This document shows positions 1 through 10,406 of a DNA stretch of 64,000 nucleotides, in pieces. The position numbers and the translations under genes were made by a program. The stretch's first letter is position 1, and every line of letters starts with the position of its first letter. Source of the DNA: Lama guanicoe (lineage: Eukaryota); the NCBI GenBank assembly GCA_013239625.1, contig MU054323.1:18742819-18806818 (forward strand), written 5' to 3'. The notes beneath the pieces are model-generated. The model was not told where the DNA came from, searched no databases, and was given only the letters and a program-made list of their open reading frames with translations.

Positions 1-163
1 GCATGGAGAGCTGTGAAAGAATAAACATAAATGAAGTTAAAGTTAAATATTCTTCAGTAACATCCATCAGTGGGACAGTGTTTTTCAATTTATATAAACA
101 TTGGGTTTAGTGAAAAGAGCTATATTATATAATAGATGATACGCTGAGGTAACATGCCTGCCT

Positions 164-300
164 GGGGTAGGGATGGTATAGTTTCATGGTAGAGCACATG
201 CTTAGCGTGCACGGGGTCTTGGGTTCAATTCCCAGTATCTCCATTAACATAAATTAATAGATAAATAAACCTAATTAACCCCCCTTAAAAAAAGCCATTA
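164..300 (+). mobile_element. Vic-1-type camelid SINE (tRNA-Ala-derived)
   Basis: tRNA-like head (GGTATAGTTTCATGGTAGAGCACATGCTTAGCGTGCACGGGGTCTTGGGTTCAATTCCCAGTATCTCC) with degenerate A box, B box GGTTCAATTCC at 222-232 and AGC anticodon-like loop. AT-rich body ends CCTAATTAACCCCCCTTAAAAAAA. Degenerate TSD AACATGCCTGCCT (151-163) / AAAATACCTGTCT (301-313). Confidence 0.88.
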
Positions 301-2769
301 AAAATACCTGTCTAGATACTTAGATGGATCATTTAACACTGAATAAAACATACTAGCTTTTCTCTGGTTTCCCATTATGCCCACTGTAGAATATTTTCTA
401 TGTTGGAAAGATACAAGAACTTGATCTTAAATAGCAGTTTTTACTTTTAGTGTTGTTAAGGTACCTTTCTGGGCAGTGAGTTAATGAAGTGGGCTTAGAA
501 TGACTAGGCAAGCTATGGGAAAAGACACTTTTACTCACTTGGACAGTAAAATCACTCTGTTGAGAGATAGAACAATGTTAGAATAGCAAGATTCAGAGCC
601 ACAGGGCATCCAATTCACGTACCCTCAAGTTTTCTTCTATGTGGCATGAATCAATGCAAAACTGTATTCAGTTATAATAAAGCCCATCTTTAAAACTTTT
701 ATATTTAGGCAGTCTGTTATTGTTTCTGCATCATTTGATATGTCAGGACTCAGAAAAGTGATCTCTGCAATAATTCTTAGTACCCATAGTCATAAACTAC
801 AGTGTTTCTTACATTCACTGAAACGATTCCTCCCCAGTAAACTTTTACTTCTAGTTTGACAATGACAATTGCATTTGGAGATTTAACAGAAAACAAGGGT
901 TGAATTGCCCCTTATACCACTAAAAATCTTTAAGACATTTGATGCATCAATTTTTACGTCCTTTTTTTAGTCTCCACAAATGTACTGTGGAAATAGTATT
1001 AGTCATCTCCTACCTTCTTTTCTGAGATCTTTGGAGGATACACATAGATTTTTTTGAGCATCTGGGAGTTAGGTAGATGATGTGCAATTTAAGTTCACAT
1101 AGTAAGAGTAAGATAGTTATGGTAAAAGCTACCACAAACTGCAGGTGGCTTTTCAATTTTCTCTCACTTCTCAGAAAATTTTAAATTGGTGACAAAGAAT
1201 TTCTTGGCAGTCTATTAAAGGAAAAACTAATCTTAATATTTTGCTTCTTGAAGGTACTGTTCAATAATGAAAACCAGCTGATAACTAAACTTTTCCATCA
1301 TGATCTAACAGTCAGAAAATAGCTTAAGTGAGGTTTTGTTCTGCTAGTTCTTTTGGAAGAGGTAAATTTGCTTATAGGTCTGTGGAAATCTTTTTGGATA
1401 TAGCCTCTTGCCGGAAGCTCGAAATTATTTAGTGCTTACTGTAATTGCATCTCGGAGGAGGTAACTGACAGCATGTTGACTCTATCACCAAAAATAAAGC
1501 TTTTAGGTTTCCTGAGAACACATTTTAAAATACTGGTGTTTGCGTGAAGACTATCTAGCCTGCAAAAGAATCTCTTTTTTTAAATAAGAAAATATTTAAT
1601 AAATGTGAGGTGTTGAATTTTCTTTTAAAAAATTTCCAATAACTTGGAAGCTAGAAAAATTAGAAGGAAAATGGTTTAAGGTAATTCAGAACAGCTTTGT
1701 TAATCCTGAGATGTTAATTTTCCTTTAGCATCATTTGTAACAACTTCTTTTGCAAACAAAAACTGCAGAGTCATCAGAATATTCAGATCTATGCAAATGA
1801 TGCAACATTTTATTTTTGACATATTACATCCAGTATTCTTTCCTCTACAATGGTAAAAATCACAATCATTTTTTTCTGCTGACTGATATATTTTCTGCTT
1901 TTGTATCAGGAAACCTGCTAATGTCTCATGTTATCTGTGTCCTGGTTATACTTTGCACTGTATCCCCACATAGGAAAAAGATCAACATACTCTTTTTAGG
2001 TTATGCAGCAAGGAGTTTATTGTATTTCATTTTTGTTAGCAAAGCCAATTATTCCCTAGGAACTGGCAATAAAATGAATCATCTGTCATTATCACTTTCA
2101 TGGAAATGGGTATATTTTTGTCTTGAATCCATTTATTCAATCTAGCTATGAATCATTTCTGGTAATTTTTTTTGGTAGGTAAGAAGTCACAGAGATAAGT
2201 TAAACTTGGAAACACAATTTTCCTGTAATACATGTTTGGACCTGGAAATGAAGCATTAGACAGCCACAAACAGGGTACTCTTCTCTACTTTGGATTCATA
2301 TCAGATCATGACTTTTACTTTATTTTATGTTACTGTGTTGGCTCTCTTTGAAATCTCAGTATTATACATGACTTATGTCTAAAACTCCACTACCTGAAAT
2401 AAGTAGAAAATCTTTGACATTAGGGTTTTCTAAATTTCTAAAAAATATTTTGTGTAGTCATCACTAAATTAGGCATGGGTTATTTATGAAATCATTTAAC
2501 CAAATTGTACTTTGTGTATGTGTGTGTGTGTGTATGTAACTATCATTCTGTTTTCTATCAGCTATCCCTGCCATCCATTTGCATGCACTACAGAAATAGA
2601 TTCACAAACAGTGAGAAGAGCTACTGCAAATATATCAGTAGTATAATCCTAAAGAGGAAATAAGCTGTGTATGTTACTGTCCTGCATCATTTAAATAATG
2701 TATTGATAATATTTAACTTTAATAAGACAAAAATGTCATAGATATGCTCAGAGGAAGACATTCTTTCTT

Positions 2770-2995
2770 TTAATAAGAGTTTTAATAAAGTATAATTGAC
2801 ATGCAATAAATGAAACATAATTAAAGGATACAGTTTGGTAAGTTTTGACATAGGCACACCAATGAAACTATCACAACAGTCAAGATCAATGGAGAGATTT
2901 GTCACCTGCAGAAGTTTCCATGTACTCCTTTGTCTTTTTTTAAATTGTAGTACAGTTAAGTTACACTGTTGTGTCAACTTCTGGTGTACAGCCCA
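2770..2995 (-). mobile_element. Two adjacent L1 3'-end fragments (old L1M-type, then a younger cetartiodactyl-type tail fragment)
   Basis: Antisense L1 3'UTR motifs: AAAGTATAATTGACATGCAATAAA...TTAAAGGATACAGTTTGGTAAGTTTTGACA, then TTTTTTAAATTGTAGTACAGT...TGTTGTGTCAACTTCTGGTGTACAGC. Confidence 0.65.
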
Positions 2996-4329
2996 ATGAA
3001 GACATTATTTCTCGAGAACAAATCTTTACCTAAAATGAAATTTCAAAACTATTGTTTCAGTGTTAAAGATGCCAGAGAAAAGGCTGCAAAAGAGCACCTG
3101 AGTTTTTCACCTTTAATTGACGTCGCTGGGCATTACATTGACATTGTTGCATTTTGAGCTGGAGAAACCACAAGGGCCTGATGTATCTCATGCTCCACCT
3201 CTGCTGCCTGAGTATAATACCATCTACCCTTAATTAGATCAGAAGAGACCATTAAGTAAAAAAAAAAATCATTTTCATGAATGCAACTAGTGCTTTTCAA
3301 AGGAGAAGTATGGTGTAACATGAAGCTGTGTTATTCTCACTCATTCGTGCTTCCTACGCTGCCCTTCGCTTTGCTAAAGTAGTGCATCTCAATGATACCA
3401 GCTCAGATTCAGAATTTAGTCTTCTTGCACAGGTGAAATATTCAAGCTAAGATTATTATTAATTCAACTCATTTATAATCTATTTGATTCTAGCTTCCCC
3501 CTAAGCTTAGTTAGTCATTTCTAAGGGCATAAATTAAAATTTGTCAATAACACTAAAAAAACTGAAAGTATTCAAATGAAACCCTCAGAAACTTCTTGAA
3601 AGATTTGAAATAAATAAGATTGTCACATATCATGTTATCATGTTAATTTGTCTTTTTTTTAAAAAAACTTGCGTGAATTGAGTGATTTGTAGCCAAACAT
3701 CTTTTTAGGTAAAAACCAAGGTAAATCGCTTTTCTAGTCTACTTGAGCTCTAAACTATGTTCTGTGAGAGGGTCTGCTCCTTAGGTAGCTTCCTAACTTT
3801 ATTCACTGATTACAATTTATAAGATTCTTAAGGCAAACATTCTATAATGGCTTTAGATTCTTTGTTCCAAACCATAATCTTGAAAAAGAAATGCTCAAAT
3901 CCCAAAGTATATATTTCTTACAAATAGTGATGAGAACAGTTAGCTTTTGCTAAACACAAAGCAAGGCTTTACATAAATTTGCAAGTGCTGAATTACCCGG
4001 AAAAATCACAAGTGAAATATTAACCTATGTAATGATGATCCTTGCAAACAATTAGCACTTTAAAAACACATTATGGAAAGATCTGGAATATATTCTATAA
4101 GTCTTACCTTTCTCGAGGCATTGTAGAATGGTGATGGGTTTAACTCTATGCACATAAAGTTTGATATACTTTTTGACTAGGGAGGAGGTTAACCATACTT
4201 GTCAGATGTTCTTCGCTTTTTCCCCTTCTATATAAACATCTGGAACATCTCTGTTCCTGATTACCCTTAGTGTTGCATTTATTGCTTTTGGGGAAAAATA
4301 TTTAAATCATATAGTTATAAAAAGTATTT

Positions 4330-5060
4330 AAATATTACAGATAAATTTTAATTCCTCTTTGGACAGGCACCAAATTCGGTCTTCTCCCAAAAGATAAGCA
4401 CTGTTTGATTGACATCCTTTCTTACCTGTCTTCTTAAAAAATAAGTGGTATTATTCCATATGTATATTTGGAAACATATTTTTCATTGAAAAAACATCTT
4501 CTGTCAGTTGTTTCTATGTCAGAACATGTAGATTGATCTTATTCTCTCTAAGTACCAAATAGTATTATAGGGTATAATTTTATTCTACTTTAGTTAAAAA
4601 TTGTTGCTAATAGGGCTCCTTTTTTCACTAATATGAATAACATTGAAATGGTATTCTTGCAGACAGATTGTAATACATGCACTTTTTTTGTTTTGTCTCC
4701 TTAGATACCAGACTGTCCACCAACTTTGCCTTCATCACGTATACTGGTCCCAGCAGTGTGTGAGAGGATTCTTTCTGCATATCCTTATCAACATCTGACA
4801 TGATTTAACTTCTACATTAGAAAATGAATGTATATAAAAGGTAAGTGTAACTTTAATTTGTGCTTTCTAGTTACTGATGACATTGGGTTAGCTTTTCTCC
4901 GTGAGTTTCTTGACTGCTTGTCCTTATTATTCTGTGAATTGTAGTCTTTTCTCTATTTTAACACTTCTCCGTATACTTGATTTTCTGCAGATATATTACC
5001 GAGTGTCCAGTGAAATGTACTTTTATTTATCATGCTTATTATTGTTAGTGCATTATTAAA
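4330..5060 (-). mobile_element. Highly diverged L1 (L1ME-like) 3' region
   Basis: Degenerate antisense L1 motifs such as CCCAGCAGTGTGTGAGAGGATT...CATATCCTTATCAACA and TTTAATTTGTGCTTTCTAGTTACTGATGA. Boundaries approximate. Confidence 0.5.
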
Positions 5061-5227
5061 CTCTAAAGGCTATTTCTTACTTAAAGTCCTAACTAAACTT
5101 TAGACTCTTTCTGTTTTGTCTTTAAAGATTCCTTCAACATAGGCCGATCTTTCTCCTTTTCAAAAGCCCTCATATTAGAATTATTTTGTAGCCTCAATTC
5201 TTCTCCATGTTTCTTACATACTCTTTC

Positions 5228-5452
5228 TTTTTTTGGGGGGGGGGATTTTTTTTTTTACATTTTTTATTGATTCATAATCATTTTACAGTGTTGTGTCAAA
5301 CTCCAGTGTTCAGCACAATTTTTCAGTCATTCATGGACATATACACACTCATTGTCACATTTTTTTCGCTGTGATTTATCATAACATTTTGTGTATATTT
5401 CCCTGTGCTATACAGTGTAATCTTGTTTATCTGTTCTACAATTTTGAAATCC
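5228..5452 (-). mobile_element. Young 5'-truncated camelid-type L1 3' end with perfect TSD
   Basis: Antisense L1 3'UTR (TTTTACAGTGTTGTGTCAAACTCCAGTGTTCAGCACAATTTTTCAGTCAT...TTTCCCTGTGCTATACAGTGTAATCTTGTTTATC), a T-rich tail, and an exact 11-bp TSD CATACTCTTTC at 5217-5227 and 5453-5463. Confidence 0.9.
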
Positions 5453-7789
5453 CATACTCTTTCAAATTTTTATTTCTTTATCTTTCTGTACAAGGTTCCG
5501 AGTGACTTCCTCAAACTTCTTTCTAATTACTAACTCTCTTCAATTGGACACAGTCTATTATTCAATTTAGAAGTGTTTTATTTCTATGTTTATATTTTAT
5601 ATCCACAATTTCTAAATGGCTTTTTAGGCATCGCTAATTGGTCCTATTACTCATTTTCTTGTGTTTGCACCATACCTTTGATGGCTTTTGGGTGAATGTC
5701 ACACCTTCACTTATCTCTTATGGCATCTGAAAGAGACTAATTTAAAAATCTTTCCCCCTTGAGATTATTACATAAATGTACTTTAAATCTAGAGTGACTA
5801 ATTGTGACATGTCTTGTTTGTTTTATTTTATTTATATACTTTTAAATTTGTGAATTATAAAAATAGTTCACACAGAAAATTTCATTAAAAACCAAATAAA
5901 TGTTTTAAAGAACATTTATAAAACAAATTCTCATGAAAATACTCAAGAAATGGAAAGAGAACTTTAATCTCTCTTCTATTAAATCAGAATGGAAAAGAAA
6001 TTTCTTTAAAACAAGTATAACTATAGAAATACTCTTATATGAATATGGGATTTTTTTGGAAGCCTGATATAGAATAAACTCTTGGAAATATTTCATATGC
6101 ACTTTAGAAAAATGTTATACAATTCTATATAGGTTTTTAAAATAAATCTTAAAAATCTTATTTTAAATTGCATCTCTTTTTTCTCTCTCTTTCGCCTCAT
6201 TCACCTCCCTCTCTCTTGCTCCTGCTGGTTTTAATCTAAGTTTGTGCGTGCTTTAGAATGAATGTTTACAGACTTAAAAGTTTAGGCAAAATTATTTATT
6301 TGATAGATTGCCATCATAGTTTGAAAACAAACATGTGCTAAGAAGACGAGATAAGTTATAAAGTACTCGTTAGAAATCCTTCACTGATAATACAAGGGAA
6401 GTATGCAGAATGATCTCTGTTCCTTGCCTTTGACAGTAGCTTCAAGACTACACTTGCTTAAGCCCCAGAATTCCATGACCAGCTGTGGAGCGGAAGGCGG
6501 GGTTGCTGAGTATATATGCAGATCTGAGTTGGGAGCAGAGCAGCTGTACTGTGCTTAGCTCAAGCCGTAAACCTGTAATATGCCTTATTTTGCATGTTTG
6601 TGCTATCATTTCTTTTATCGTACTGATGATTAATATGAAAACTACTCCAAGACCTTTGAATACTTTCTAAAAGAATGAACTCTCCTTGGCTCCTTTCTCA
6701 TTGTTTTAGACATCGGTTTGTTTATTTTTTTTCTAGAGCTTCAGTTTGAAGACTTGTGGTCTGCATGGGATTCCATTGCCCAGGGCACGAAGAGAGGAAT
6801 TGGATGTTTTGGCTAGGGCTGTGGGCAGTTGTGGTTGGTGGGCTTGTTCTTTGCTTTTCCTTCTGAAATTGTTTTTAAATACTTGCATTAGTGTCCAGTA
6901 GACCTATTTGTTATGTTTGTCTGGGTATCCCCACAGACTTCCTGTTCGTTCTTTCCAGTTCAGCATGGAATGCTTAGAACTTTCTCCAGACAGATAATTG
7001 GCTTCAGATGGTAAATGTTTTTGCTCTACCTGCCACTCACCAGCAGCTCTTCCCAGTTAGGTGAGTGGAATGGCAGGCAAACGTGTATTTTGCCTATGAC
7101 AGTGCTCTTCTGGGGTGGAGAAAGGTTTCCCTTGGCCATGCTAACAGTTCTCTGCCCACTTCACAGACCTTCAGAGGCTGTGATCTTATTTATCAGACAC
7201 TTCCCCCTACCCTTTCTTTTTGCTAGATTTTTTTTAAATTGCTGGGCATAATTAGTTCTGGGCAATTGGCATGGCAATTTTCTAAGTTGCTAAGTTGGTC
7301 AGACTACTTCCTCACTATAGTAGTTATCTGTATATCTTCTCTGAACTTTCTACACACCCTGCCAGTTAGCTGGTCTCCAAATTGAGGAATTGTTCATAAG
7401 GTTTCTAAATATATGTGCACTTATCTTCACCTCCATCATGCATTCTCTTTGAGAAGAGTTATGGGGAAAGAGTAGCAAACTCTGGAGTCTTCTGTCCTTA
7501 CTTTCCCCTGATAACCATTTTTCAAAGATTATAGTGTGGAGATATGTATGTATTTTTTTTTTCTGTTGTTAACTGGTAGTTCATAGTCACTGTAATTTTA
7601 CTCTTAAAAATTTTTGAAGGAGAGTTTATGATTTAGCTTTACTTGGTTATGTAAATCATCAGTGTGTTGAGTGAACTTTTAAGAAATCTGCTTTTGTGGT
7701 GTTCAGTATATTTGACAGTACCCAGTCACCCAAATTCCAGAAGGAATATGGTTATCAGATGCCTGAGAAAGACATCAGTAGCTCTTGTA

Positions 7790-8385
7790 TGATTCCCTCA
7801 TGTGTGATATGATGGGGCATCACTGTATATGCTTCATGGCAAAAGAGATTTTGTAGATGTACTTAAGGTTACTAATTAGTTGACCAGTTTCTTCATTGTA
7901 GGGAGGTTATTTGGGTGGGCTAGGCTTAATAAAGTGAGCCCCTTTAAAAAGAGAAAGTTTTCAATGGTGAGCAGCAGAATAGGAAATCAGAGATTTAAGT
8001 CATAAAAAGAACTTGATGGGCCATTGCTGGTTGGAAGATGGTGGGGTTCAACTGAGAAGGAATGAAGGTGGTATCGAGGAGCCAAGAAAGCCCCCCAGCT
8101 GACACCCAGCCAGGAGAAAGGGACTTCACAGGATCTCCAGGCACAGGAACTGGATTTTTCCAAGAACCTGAATGAGCCTATAAATGGACACCTCCCCTAG
8201 AGCTTCCAGATAAGAGCCCAGTCAGGCCAAAACTTTGATTTCAGCCTTGTGAGACTCTAGGCATGGAACCCAGATGAGCCCATCCAGAAATCCAACCTAC
8301 AGAATTGTGTGTGAATAAATGAGTTTTGTTTTAAGCCATGGAGTTTGTGGCAGTTTGTTCTGTAACAAGGGGATGTGAATTCAAG
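7790..8385 (+). mobile_element. MaLR LTR (MLT1, probably MLT1E-like)
   Basis: Typical MLT1 blocks: ATGGCAAAAGAGATTTTGTAGATGT, CCCCCCAGCTGACACCCAGC, CTAGAGCTTCCAGATAAGAGCCCAG, TTGATTTCAGCCTTGTGAGAC, AATAAATGAGTTTTGTTTTAAGCCATGGAGTTTGTGGCAGTTTGTT. Confidence 0.85.
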
Positions 8386-10357
8386 GCACATTCAAAACAG
8401 TCTGTAGAGAAATGTGGAAGGTACATACCTGTCCCTGTAGAAATATTTTAATGTCCGAAAGATGCCTTGTACCAGATTTAAGAACCAGTTCCCTTTTCTA
8501 GGAAATCACATTTAATTTTACTCTTTTCTAACTTCCAACCCCCTTCTAGATTCTGTTAAGAACTCCTCTCCCATTTAGATCTGTCTCCTGGCCTGACCCA
8601 CCAATCTCAATTTCTATCAACCCTCCATCAGGTTTGTAGCTCACTAGGAACTGGCCCCATGCTTTCTCCTCCCTTTTTTGGCCCTACCCATCCATCTGTC
8701 TCACTTGTTTTTTTTTTTTTTCTGTTCCATAACTCTGTTGAATAAAAGGGAGTGCTAAGTTAATTTTGTTCATTTCCATAAGCTTCATTCCTTTTGGAAA
8801 TAATTAAGCTTGTACTCTGACAATATATACAAAACAACTGTGGATATTTAAAGAAAATTGCAATGAAGTACAGCATGTTCTACTTTTACAAACAAGGAAG
8901 AACTTCTTAGTTTAAAATGCACATCTCTAGTGACAGATATGTACAGTTAATTTTATTCAATAAGAAAATATTCCAAAGACTTCCACATTTTCAAATAGGT
9001 ATTTAGGATGCTACGTGATACACACATCCTTATTCTTTATGTCTGTGCTATTTATTTCCATAGTTTTTTTTAAATTGATACAGACATAATACTGTATGAA
9101 AATGTTTCTGAGTAGGAAAGAAATTGTAAGTAAAATAAAGCAAAGGAAACACAAATTTACCATATCCCTGACACCTTTCTTTCTCTTTCCTCTGGTACAG
9201 AACATTTGAAATAAGGAGTACAAATGTATAAAGATCACAGACATATGAGAAAGGAAGAAAGAAGTAACAAGGAGAAAATGTTTTTATTTAATATCAAAAA
9301 ACTGTCTTATAAAAGTTTGGAGGATTTATTCTTAAAGGGAAAAAAATAAAATGTCTAATAAATAAAATAGGCATATGGGAAAAAGTGAGGTTTCTGGTAG
9401 TCAACTCATTTTTGAAATCACTCTGTGTAAACAAAGGCTATTTCATGCATCTTTGAGTCCTTAAAGTTAATTCTATCTGATTCACATTCAGATAGATGTG
9501 GAAACATGGCTCATTTAAAGCAGTGTAATATTTATTAATCTCTGTTTCCCATGATTAGAACACTGTTGGGGTCATAGGATATTACAGTTTATGTGAGGCC
9601 TTATGGGAAATATTTTATAGGAGTGTATGCTGACACTCTGGTTTCTCCTCAGCATGTCCTGTACTATCCCAGTGCCAACCTGCAGTAACAATTCACAAAG
9701 ACAGACTGTGTTGACAGAATGGTACTTGGGAAGGAAGTTTAGACATACAAGGAACAATTTGTTTGGAACAAAGACATTTTGCAAAGTAATTTTGGTTGGT
9801 ATCAAAAAATAAGAGAAATTGGCAAACTTCTCTGAAAGATTTCTGTCTTAGAACCATTAATGATTGAAGCTGAGGACCTTAAAAGTCATTAAGATGTTGC
9901 CTCCTCTATGCAGTGCAGTCTAAATTACATACAGCAGGCCTCATAAAAAGTAGGTCCTTATATCCAAAGTAATGTGTCATTTCACACATTACTTCCTGTT
10001 ATCCTTTAAAAGTCTTTTTCAAAACCTTTTAAAATCAAGGCACTCTTTCCCAAGCTGGGGTCCACTGAGAGGAAACTTCAGTGTGGCTGCACCTGGATCA
10101 AAATTGAGCAGAAGCCATTGAGGAATCAGCAAAAAATAATAATGCTAATGCTAATTAGCTAAAAATGCTAATGAGCATCTTCATTTATTCAACACTCCCT
10201 CAAGGCACCCAGGAGATGACATGGTAGGTGTGTTATCAGGAATTCATGAATGTAGTATAACTGAAAAGTGTCGTGTTTTACTTTCCTCTTAGATTAAAAA
10301 GTCATGAGGACAAAGGTCAGTTGATTCAGATTTGTTTGGATACAAATCTGAATGGAA

Positions 10358-10364
<7 letters not shown>

Positions 10365-10402
<38 letters not shown>
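10365..10402. repeat. (TG)19 microsatellite
   Basis: Uninterrupted TG dinucleotide run read directly from the sequence. Confidence 0.97.

Positions 10403-10406
<4 letters not shown>

Noticed and set aside
164..245. tRNA-Ala gene
   Set aside because: The A box and stems are degenerate, and it continues into a SINE body with A-tail and TSD, so it is a SINE rather than a tRNA gene.
1816..2145. 109-aa ORF
   Set aside because: TTG start, F/L/I/S-rich composition typical of AT-rich non-coding DNA, no recognisable domain.
4108..4176. 69-nt minus-strand exon candidate (CCTCCTCCCTAG| ... AAG|GTAAGA)
   Set aside because: Short pyrimidine tract and unrecognised peptides; such pseudo-exons are expected by chance in 64 kb.
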